Assembly: GCA_964247055.1 (NCBI GenBank)
Contig: OZ176056.1
Location: 2,542,001-2,606,000 of the forward strand
DNA length: 64,000 nucleotides
Source: Paragordius varius
Lineage: Eukaryota; Animalia; Nematomorpha
Direction: 5' to 3'
The notes under the pieces are model-generated. The model did no database searches and was not told the origin of the DNA. It saw nothing but the letters and a program-made list of their open reading frames with translations. This document shows, in pieces, positions 53,901-64,000 of this stretch; the stretch's first letter is position 1, and each line of letters begins with the position of its first letter. The position numbers and the translations under genes were made by a program.

Positions 53901-54376
53901 GAATGACTAAAATGGATGTGTTGTATCCAAGTGTTAAGACAATGAACACGTTTTGTACATGAATCAAGTTAATAGAGGAAATTAATCTGTGTCTTCACAA
54001 TTAACAATTTTAAAACAATACATTATATATTTAATAAAATATACATTGATATTCTTTTGGTGCTTTACATGCGCAATCATTGACAATGCTAAATTATGAT
54101 GCTTTGTATGGAAATTCGACATTAAATGGCTGTGCGTGCTGTCCTTTCATGATTTGACTATTTGTATTTTAAATAAAGGATTTCGGTATCTCTTGTTATA
54201 GTGCAAATTCGATTGGCCTTCATTGTGTAGCAAGAAAGCATATAGCGAAAGGAGAAGAAATAACTACAAGTTATATTGGTGGTTTGATTGAAGATGAAAC
54301 CAGTTTGGCAACACGCAGGGCTTTGATATGGAACTCTCATAAATTTAAGTGTATGTGTGCATTGTGTAAGAAGTAA
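47920..54376 (+). CDS. SMYD5-like SET/MYND lysine methyltransferase (model incomplete; one apparent frameshift)
   Basis: Exons 47920-47960 (tentative), 48010-48125, 48152-48386, 49574-49677 (SET-N: FGKSIIAT...VFAENPL), 52496-~53250 (MYND half CECHEEFYCSIQC...WNSFHSYVC; SET motif GIFIIQSCLNHSCDRNA) and 54179-54376 (GEEITTSY...FKCMCALC*). At least one exon between 49677 and 52496 was not found. Confidence 0.75.
50349..51253 (+). mobile_element. Decayed mariner element
   Basis: Inverted ends ACAGGCGTAGTC and GACTGCGCCTGT|TA. Transposase remnants VLCVWWD, YKPGETVN and LLHDN at about 50925-51055. Confidence 0.75.
53395..53933. mobile_element. piggyBac-like MITE family F, in a SMYD intron
   Basis: TTAA flanks at 53391-53394 and 53934-53937. 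Reverse orientation relative to 39565-40365. Confidence 0.75.
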
Positions 54377-55397
54377 TATTATTTCGCCATTTATAAATAC
54401 TAATATATAATGTAATAATTAGATAATAAAAATGGCTCAATTTTTCTTCATATAAATTTTAAGAGAGAACCAGAAAGAATAATTTAGGACTTTAAATGCT
54501 AACCCTGAAAACAATATACTTTTTTGAGCTTATTGCCTTGAAAGTAATGTCATATTGATTTAGAGACTATTTTGACATATTCAAATATTATTTAACAGGT
54601 TATTAATAATTGCATTTTATTAATATATTTATGAAAAATCTATATGGTACTATATTAATAACTGGTGCACATATGTACGCCTCTCCACAGCATTTACACC
54701 ATTATGATTGACCATAATCGCAGAAGCCTTTGACATTTGACGCTGTTATATGTTGGCATCCATAAATAACTAATAAACCTTGTGTGGTTACACTCAGAGA
54801 ATAAACATTAGATTTTACTTTTAAAAACCACTCGTTTTTTTATCAGGGTGAGAGTCTAGGTAGGACTAATTAGTAAAAATTGTAGCCATGATACTATTAG
54901 CTATTGTTTTCTAAAACTCTATTTCTGCGAAATTAAGCATAATTCATAAATAGAATCTTTCCATGTTCAAAAAATGAATGATTTACAAAATTCTTCGAAA
55001 AAAATAAAAATATCTCGCCATTTAGCTTACATTCATTTTATATTTCAAAAAAGATGAATAAATCCATTGCACCCCAGAGCAGCGATAAGGGTTTTTCATC
55101 CTTTTAGGGAAGTTAGAATGGCCTTTGTTCCACGTTTAGATTTTGCAACCGGCATTCATGGATGAACATCTGATCTATCCTAGCCAAAGGTTTAGTTGAG
55201 CCAAATTGCGCATTATTTTACTGATTGTATCCGAATTCCCAGATTTATTATTCTTGCTAAAGAATTTGTAAGAATAGTGCAAGAAAGAGATAAGAAAATT
55301 TCAATTAAAGGGATTTTGGCTATTCTTTGTCTTTGGTTACAATATTATTAGTAATCATATAATATCTCTTGGATGCACTCATTTTAAACTTAATAAA

Positions 55398-55875
55398 CCA
55401 TTTTGACTTCAAGAGCGTCCTTGAACGATTCAAGTTGGTTCTTGAATACTTCCAGTTAGTACTTAAAATTTATCTGGATTTGGCCATTATTTTCGCATAT
55501 ATTTTTTATTTTATTATATTTTGGCCTAATTATCATATTTAAAAATAAAAAATTTAAAACACTTTTTTTGTTTCAAACTAATTTTTTCCAATTTAACAAA
55601 ATTATTAACATATAAATGTTATAGTGAAAGCTTGTAATTGAGAACCCAGAAAAATTATATTTCTTTTAATTACGTGTTAGAATCTATAAATATATAAAAT
55701 ATTTAGCAGAAAATTAACAAAGATATACGGTTTCTGAAAGATTAAAAATTGATATTGATTTAAAGTTTATATGATTAAAGGAAATGGTTAAAAATGATAA
55801 AACAGGACAAAAGAGTCAAAGGACCAACTTGAAATGTTCAAAGACTAACTTAAAGTGTTCGAAGTGCAAATGGTA
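55398..55875. repeat. MITE family B copy
   Basis: CCATTTTGACTTCAAGAGCGTCC ... GAAGTGCAAATGG; homologous to 11364-11838. Confidence 0.65.
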
Positions 55876-56029
55876 TTTTGTGTTCACTACAAATGATTTG
55901 TTAATTATGTATTGATACCAACGATATGGTTACGTTTTTATCTCTATTCATATTATTTATTTGATCAGACGTTATACCCATCATGTTTGCTTAGTTTCAA
56001 ATAACTCTTTTTAAAACCTACTTAAAAAT

Positions 56030-56470
56030 AAAAATATCCGAAATAAATTATCCGACACAATTTGGAAAAGGAAAGAATGCGCAATATATATGAACGATAC
56101 ATTTAGTGTAATACAACAAAAGTCGTGTTTATCGATGAGTGCCCTTTCTATTACTATATCAGGAGAAAGTTTGGAAGATCTATACGTGGAACAAGTGCCG
56201 TTGTCAAATTTCCTTAAAAGATAAATGCTTACCCTTATCCCTGCTCTGGGGGTAATGGATTTATCTTTCACATAATAGAATATAAATTTTTTAATGAATT
56301 ATTTAATATTTACACCTCTTTGACCATGAAAGTTTTACAAAAACATAGCTGATAGTTACACCTACAATTTTTTGACCTCCTACAACTACATGCTCAACCC
56401 AAGAAAAAATGGGTTTTATGAAAGTAATGTCACACTAATGAATTAGTTGGTTACAACTAAAAGTATGCAA
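56030..56470 (+). pseudogene. IS630-Tc1-type transposase remnant
   Basis: VFIDECPF...RRKFGRSIRG (catalytic D region) and a degenerate YNYMLNP segment resembling YSPxLNPIE, across several frames. Confidence 0.5.
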
Positions 56471-57089
56471 AAGCCTTTGCGATTATCATATATCCTTGCA
56501 AAATGAGCCAATAATTATTTTTACAACATTATACATTTATATATTAATAAAGTATTCACTTACAATGTTTAATTTAAGTTAGTATTCTTGGAATGTCAAA
56601 AAACACAAAAATATGAAAAATCAAAAGTAAATGAGATTAACATAACTATTTTAAACAATTTTCTCGTTATATTTTGATTGATAGACTATGCAAAAATATT
56701 TATTTAAATATGTCAAAATATTTCATAAGAAATGTGAACTCTTTTAATTTAATGATAATAAGATTACAAAACGTTTAATTTTTAGGTGATTTAAATGTTT
56801 AAAAATTTAAAAAAGTGTTTGATTAATCTAAAGTGGATTTAAATAGTCTATATAAATTTAAATCAGAAAGGGGGTGGGTTATATTAGAGGAAGGCTAAAA
56901 CAATAATCATTTTATTCAAAAAATTTATGTTTGATTTAAAGATAACAGTATTGTCTGAAGTTTTCATTGTAATATTTTAATATATCTATACATACATACA
57001 TGCCATTTAAACAGGGGGGAGCTTGTAAATCCAATTTATATCAAAATTCTTGAATATAAATTTGTATTCGAGTCTTTAATTAATTAATA

Positions 57090-57341
57090 ATGTTTTATGG
57101 TAATGATTTATTTAGAGAAGAAGATATGAAATGCGAAAATTGTGGATATAAGCCAGGCAACACAGATAAAGAGGCCGGTGACAAAAATAATCCTGATGGA
57201 AAAAATGGAATCCAAAGGCTGTTGTTATTGTGTGGTAAATGTCGTTCAGTTAATTATTGCGGTAAACAGTGTCAAACTGAGCACTGGAAAACACATAAAT
57301 TTGTATGTTTGTCCAAAAAATCACCACCTATTATGAATTAA
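57090..57341 (+). CDS. MYND zinc-finger ORF (stand-alone 83 aa, or a terminal exon)
   Basis: CENC...CGKCRSVNYCGKQCQTEHWKTHKFVC is a complete MYND consensus. There is an in-frame ATG at 57090 and also an acceptor tttag at 57111-57115. Confidence 0.75.
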   Translation: MFYGNDLFREEDMKCENCGYKPGNTDKEAGDKNNPDGKNGIQRLLLLCGKCRSVNYCGKQCQTEHWKTHKFVCLSKKSPPIMN

Positions 57342-57478
57342 TTAATAACTCCTTTAATGATATTTTGTCACCTTTTAAATCTAACATCCATCCATATTTG
57401 ATTCATAAAATTTATATTTATCTCTTCCAAAATTTTACATGGTATCCATTAAAATTTTTCATATATATACTTTTGTAT

Positions 57479-59335
57479 CAGTGGTACTCAAACCGCGGCC
57501 CACGGGCCGCATGCGGCCCTAAGAATGATTTAAAATTGCCCTATGGCTATGTTGATACTTAAATTATTTTTTTATTGATTAAAAAAACACACAAACGAAT
57601 TTTTGCTTATTTTAATATTAATTTCATTTTTTTAGATTTAATTTTGGTAATTTTTTTACCCAATTTGAAATGTAGAAAAATTTCCTTACATTAAAATGAT
57701 TTCAAAATTTTGGCACACGATGTTTCTGTATTCTATTTTGTTTTCTCTTTTGAAATTTTTATTGAATTCCTTTTTTATATTTAAGCAAGTCTTTCACCCA
57801 AACTTGTATATACATATTCTTTTCATTGCTATCCTGCATCATTTATAAATTCCCATAGAATATTTTTAAATCAACATCATTAAATTTTGACCTGTTTTTT
57901 TATACCATATTTCAAATTATGTCCCTATTTTTTGAAACACATTACATAATTTTTAAACCTAAATTCAAAGGACATTTAATGCTAAAAAAAGTAAATTCCG
58001 ATGAAAATCGCTCATTTAAAAAAATGGAAAGAAAAATTCTTTGTCGTTTTAAATTAAAATGTTGTTACCCATTTATGTAAGGAAAACATAATCAACGAAG
58101 GATATTAAAACCAATGAATAATACCTCGAAAGGAAGTGATTTTCTTGAAATAAATTGCACTTTTTTCGATACTAATGGTATACCTATGAAAAAATTGGTT
58201 TCGATCTGCCCAGATTTGCAAAATATTTTATCATTTCACTGCTTTATTCATCAACAAAACTTGGTTTCGCATGTAAAAGATGAATAACTCAATTCAGTAA
58301 TTAAAACGGTTGTGGATATAATTAACCACATCCGTGGCAGAGAATTTAACCGCCGTAAATTCATAAACGATCTGAAAGATATTCACAGTTAGTTTGATGA
58401 TACTTTTGTACACGCTGTGAGATGGCTAAGCCTTAGCAAAGTAATAAATAGATATTTTTTTAAAACATGATATTCCTTTATTTATAAAAGATGACAAAAT
58501 GTTTTATGAGAAAATTAAGAGTGAAAATGGTAAAGCCTACCTTTGCGACATTACTCATAAACTTAGTATTTTTAATACAAGTCTTCAAGGGAGCAAATTA
58601 ACCCAATTAGCTAATTAAATAGTTGCTTTTGAAGAAAAATTAATAATATATAAACAAAATTTACACTCCTATATTCAGCGCTTATAACGATTTATGAAGA
58701 AAATATGGAATTTACCACGGAGATTATTTGATAGACAATCAACATTTTTATCTAATGATTAAAACTCGTTGAAAATTCATGGCATTAGATATCCAATATT
58801 AAGCAACTTGAGCATTTGGGTTTTGATCAGGCGCATATCATTGAAGAATTTGTAAATTTTAAAAATGTTTCCAATTTGGAGGCTATATTCAAGGAGAAAT
58901 AGAGAAGAAAGATATGTAGAGTTTTAGCAAGTATAAAAAAATGTGCTCAAGTTATCCTAACTGTTTTTTCAACTTACACGTGTGAGACGACATATTTAAA
59001 AATAAAGTGTGCCATCAATACATACAGAATCGCTCGATGATCATATTGACGACGTAATAAGATTGGCATGAGGCAAAACCAAATTTGTTAAAAATTATTG
59101 GTTATTATCAAAATAAATGTTGTTATCTATATTTAATTTTTTTAACTAAATGGTGCAAAATGATTTTTTAGCTGGATTTACATGCAATCCGCCAAAAATT
59201 CATTGTGGTAATTTAAAGTATAAATATGTGCTTATGTGTCATTTAGCTATAAAATATTTGCCATTATAAGGTTTATGGCCCTCGAAAAAAATATGTTTTA
59301 TTTGGCCCGTCAATTTTTTTTGGTTAGTACCACTG
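57479..59335 (+). mobile_element. Decayed hAT (GTF2IRD2-like) element
   Basis: TIRs CAGTGGTACT and AGTACCACTG. 8-bp flanks TTTTGTAT and TTTTATAT match at 7/8. Remnants IHQQNL, HAVRWLS and STYTCE. Confidence 0.85.
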
Positions 59336-59886
59336 TTTTATATGAAAACCTTGCATTTGTGAAAAAAATAACTAACTACAAAAATAGTTGGAGATAATTT
59401 TTATTTTTAACAGAATAGTAGAACGGTTTAATTAAATAGAATCACCTGATTATTTTGGTAATAGATTGAAATCTGTATCATCCCTTTTAAAGATTTTAAA
59501 TATTTGTTATCATAAAAATTATCATTTAATAATAAATTCTTTAGGAGGTTTATGATTGCAAAATTTAATTAGAAATTAACTCAATATTTATAGTTATAAG
59601 CATTTAGCACTAGGTAAAATAACTTAAATAATAATTGTTAAAAAAGCAAAGCACTTTTTTAAATTTTTTTTTCAATTTTTATACCAAAGTAACCTTAATA
59701 ATTTATTAAAAATTATATGATATTTAAATAAGTTCGTCTGTGAATTTTTTTGTGATTTATTTATAGGGTCAACATTTTGATCATATAAAGCTAAATAACA
59801 CATCAGATCTAAATGACTAACTACATTCTTCAGTGTTTAAGCTCAAAATAATATAAAAAACATGGCTATATTAAAACTTTAATTAA

Positions 59887-60454
59887 TACTTGGATACAAC
59901 ACATTCATTTTAGTTTTCAATTCAAATTGGGGTAATTAGATACCCTAGGCCTATTATAATTAAATTCTTGAAAAAATATGGAAGAAATTAAAACCAAGGC
60001 AAAATTTTGCACTTATATAACATCAATAAACCCAAATATATAATAAATTTATTCAAAAATACTTGATATTAGTTATTTTAAGCTAAAACCAAACGGTAAA
60101 AATTAAGTCAACGTGACATGTGTGCAATTGTAAAATTGAAAATAATACAATATAAACCGCTTTTTCTGTTTCTAATGTTAAATGTTTTTTAAATAAAAAA
60201 TTAGCTTTAATTTTACCCTTAAAATTAAATGAAGACGATATTTTGCAAAAATTTTGTAAAATAAAAATGGCGTCGAAGTAATTTGTCATGGAACTTTTTC
60301 TTAAAAAAATGTTTTATTTAGATTTGGCATATTTATTTAATTTTTGTTACGATAGAAGCATAAATTAATATTGAGACCGTTTCCTTCAGTAGTTTTATTA
60401 AATTCGTAATTTAAATTTAGTCTGGGTTTAGATACCCCAATTCGAATCAAAGTG
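59887..60454. mobile_element. piggyBac-like MITE family F
   Basis: TTAA flanks; homologous to 39565-40365. Confidence 0.7.
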
Positions 60455-61542
60455 TTAATATTGAGTTTAATGTTTATCGGGCCAAAAAAGTCCTAATAAA
60501 AAAATTTATTTAGTTTTTAGACCAATTTTCTTTCTATACTTTTTATGTCTGTAAAAAATAAATAAATTTACAAAAATGTCAATGGCACTTAAAAAAGTCA
60601 GAATTTGCTTGCTGTCTTATTTTACTTTTCTATATTAGAACAACTTCATAAATTTATAATAATTTTTGGTTCGACATAGTACACACATATCTAAATGAAA
60701 AACATAATTAATTTTTAGGCGCATATAAAAGATTCAAAATATAAGAATTTGGGATAAGCTCATTATACACGGTGAATTAAAATAGGGTTTAAAACACGGT
60801 GAGGTACATATATTCTGCTGTGGCTACGGATCCAGAGTTTGCGCAAATTTCGATTATTTGATGACAACTTACTTAATTTTAAAACTATTAAAAAAATCTT
60901 CTAAGCTTAAATAAAAAGAACCCATATAAATATTAAGGTATAATAGTCTTAAATTTGGACATTCCAAAAAGGCAAGTTTTATAAACGCATAAATGCCGTG
61001 ATTGCACACTATATTTTTTGTGAATTGTAACATCAAAAGTTTTTTTTATAAAAAAGGGATATTTTTTTAAATTAAGAAATTTGAGCGAGTTTTATGGTAC
61101 AGCATGTTAAAAATAAACCTTTTTATTATTCAATGATGCTGAATTATTATTTTATTATTTTAATAATTAAAGATGTATATATTCAAGTTTTAGATTCTTT
61201 TTTTAAAAAATATGTAGTTAACTAATGAACAAATATTATATTATAGATAGGAATCAGCGTCACCTATATAAAATGTTTTTATACAACCTTAAAGAAATTT
61301 TTTTCTGTTCCCATTGTTTTTTTTATAAATTAATTTTTTAAGTAAATTTTTTTTTATAAAATTGATGCCATGATATATATTTTGCAATAATTTGATGAAC
61401 TGCCCATTTCAAGAGGTTTAAATATCTAAGACTTTATCAGCCCCATTTTCATAAATATTGCTGTGGTTTATATTCATATTCGCTTAGAGCCCAAATCAAA
61501 AGTGTGATAATCCTGATACATTTCTTTATTCGAAGACAAATA

Positions 61543-61932
61543 CAGTGGCGTACCGAGCATTTGCGGCGCCCGGGGCATAAAACTTTTATGGCGCCCCCCT
61601 TTTTTTAAAAAGCCAATAAAACAATTTAGAAAAAAAATACAAACGTTGTAACCTAAATACCATAGATAAAACAGCACAGTCATACAAATTTTAAATCCTA
61701 TTAAATATATATAATTATATGATACTAAATTTATTCCTTTTAAAATGCAAAAATATCCCAATAAATTGTATAATATGGAAATTATATATCAAAATAATGT
61801 TTTTGTTGCATAAATTGAATTGATCTTATGATAATGGCGAACAATAATGATTTAAAAAATCATTTAGGCGCCCCTAAATAACGGCGCCCGGGGCATGATG
61901 CACCCCCTTGCCCCCCCGTCGGTACGCCCCTG
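61543..61932. mobile_element. hAT MITE family E (390 bp)
   Basis: TIRs CAGTGGCGTACCGA and CGGTACGCCCCTG; perfect 8-bp TSD GACAAATA. Confidence 0.93.
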
Positions 61933-62373
61933 GACAAATATTTCCTCGAGATGCACTATGTAAATGGTTATAGTATCTTGTATAATAAAAAGTTCGGATT
62001 TTCTTTATTTAGCCAATACTCTTACCATTGGTTTTAATTAAATAAATATTAGGAATTCCTATTTCTTCCAAAAGAGGCGGGAAGATAAATCTAAGGGGGG
62101 CGCGAAAAATTTGAAGAATTTTATCGAAAAATGAAACTAAAAAAGGAATGATTTTAGGTGCGAATTATCAAGATTTGTCACCGATATAGGGAAAATTTTT
62201 CAAAAAAATGCAGATATATAACGCAAATCGTTATTTATTTAGATTCTCCGTTTTTTCAAGTTTTAAGACTCACAGGATAGAGCTATAAAATGGTGGACTT
62301 AATTTAAATCAAGAAAACTTGATAATATACGGTAAAATTTAATTTTTACTTTAACTATCTATAATTTAGTATG

Positions 62374-62412
<39 letters not shown>

Positions 62413-62566
62413 TAATGGGTGGGGTGATAAAAAGTCGCACTTAAGTTGTAAGCAAAGCGTGGCAAGTTGAGCAAGATTACTTAAGCCAGCAAGTGTTCAC
62501 TTGAAGATTGGTGATAAAAAAACACTTAAGTCAAGTCTTTTGTTTATGAATGTAACATTTTTTGCC

Positions 62567-64000
62567 AAGGCCCTTGTTAAAAAACTTAACGTTAAACACA
62601 AAACTACGAATGTTAATTCTGCAACAAAATCCAAAATAGCCGAAAAACAAACTTTAAAATTGCCGTCAAATTTATAACAGATTTATATCTAAATTAATTT
62701 ATAATATAATTTAGATTTCCGCGCTTTATTATTGCATAGTCTATTTAAAGATTATTTAAATAATGTTTATACTTCACATTCGTAGAAGTTTGTATTGGGC
62801 AGGATTAAAATTATCATCCCCGTTCAAAAATCATAATATTAGTTCATTAACTTGTTAACTGCTACATGTTGGATTTTTTATGAAGTAGCCAGTCCTATTT
62901 TATTACCCATAGGTACCCTACGAGTTCATCATAGCGAATATTAATTAAATTATCAAATAAAATATTAAAGGTTCAAATAGTGATTGTCAAACATTTCATT
63001 TTAAATCCTAATAGAAGTTTAACTTCTAAATTATTTTTTCAAGGCAATCGTTTGGGTATTTTTACATCCTATTTTATACCTTTTACACTTCAAATTCACC
63101 CTTGAACAATTTGAATATATCATCGAGCAATTCAAATTCACATTAAAATAAATTATGTGTTTAGTAAGAAAATTGCTTATATTTTTTTATAATTTAAAAA
63201 ATGAAATTTTGGGTAAAATTAACATAATACTGAAAAAAATAAACTATGCTTTAAAGTAGTAATTCATATTTAATGGTAAGTTGTTATATTAGCCCGAAAA
63301 TAAAAAATTTATTTTTAGGGTGAAAATAAATTGTTTAAGGGTGAATTTGAGGTGTAAATGGTATTGAAAGTTAAATGGGTATATTGATTCGCAAACTTAC
63401 AGTAAAAATTGAAATTATACGGACAAAGGTAAAAAATAAAGACAAATATTTTTAAAAGACCACCATACTTTTTAAACCTTAATTTTTCTTATATGAATTA
63501 TATAACTAACTACAATTGTAAAATATATAAGTGATTGTTTTACCGATATACATATCAATTTTAACTTTGCGGTTTAAAACCATGAGTTATATTTAAAAAA
63601 ATCAAGATTCAAAAGGTATGGTTGTTCTTTAGAAAAAATATCTGTGTTTATCTTTTTACGTTTTGTCAGTATGATTTCAGTTTTTACTGTAAGTTTAATA
63701 TAAATTTTATACCTCAAAATCACCCTTAAGCACTTTAACTTTACTTTTAATTTCAAACTTACCGAACATTTTAATTTGTCTCTTGGCTACAAATTTACCT
63801 TTAAACATTTGAAAATCACCATAAAATTGTGTTTTTAGCTAACTAATTATTTATATAAAATATTTTCTTAGGCATATTTTGTTTTCTATATTATGGTATT
63901 TTAAACCGAATTTCAGTAAAAATCTCAAAAAAGATAATTTTGATTTTTATCACCTAATTTATATTTATGGAATAAATCTGTTTTAGGATCAAATGATATG
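62567..64000 (+). repeat. Inverted duplicate of about 29990-31555, including the MAK16 3' coding tail and a family A MITE
   Basis: 62567-62677 matches the reverse complement of 31445-31555 at 109/111 nt. Downstream similarity continues at lower identity, with the nested MITE at the equivalent position (63400-63689 vs 30249-30535). Confidence 0.8.

Overview
Very AT-rich eukaryotic DNA, most likely from an animal (standard genetic code, spliceosomal GT-AG introns, animal-type transposons). It holds a few host genes among many nested transposons. Host genes: (1) a ~18.5 kb secreted-protein locus at 1605-20116, with a signal-peptide exon followed by about 36 symmetric phase-1 small exons and micro-exons (9-93 nt, all multiples of 3), which resembles schistosome micro-exon genes (MEGs) and is the main novelty candidate; (2) a very compact MAK16(-)/CTF8(+)/DOK-FRS2-like(-) cluster at 31.4-36.8 kb; (3) a SMYD5-like SET/MYND gene at 47.9-54.4 kb; (4) a MYND-finger ORF at 57.1 kb. 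Four of these genes contain 25-28 nt introns; those in MAK16 and CTF8 are required for the reading frame. Mobile DNA: hAT elements with TSDs, a PIF/Harbinger element and its deletion derivative, Helitron-type elements with an empty site visible in the window, a 5'-deleted Ty3/Gypsy, piggyBac-like and Tc1/mariner-like MITEs, and mariner, IS630-Tc1 and Penelope-like remnants. I saw no rRNA, tRNA or CRISPR. All gene models were spliced by eye and need RNA confirmation.
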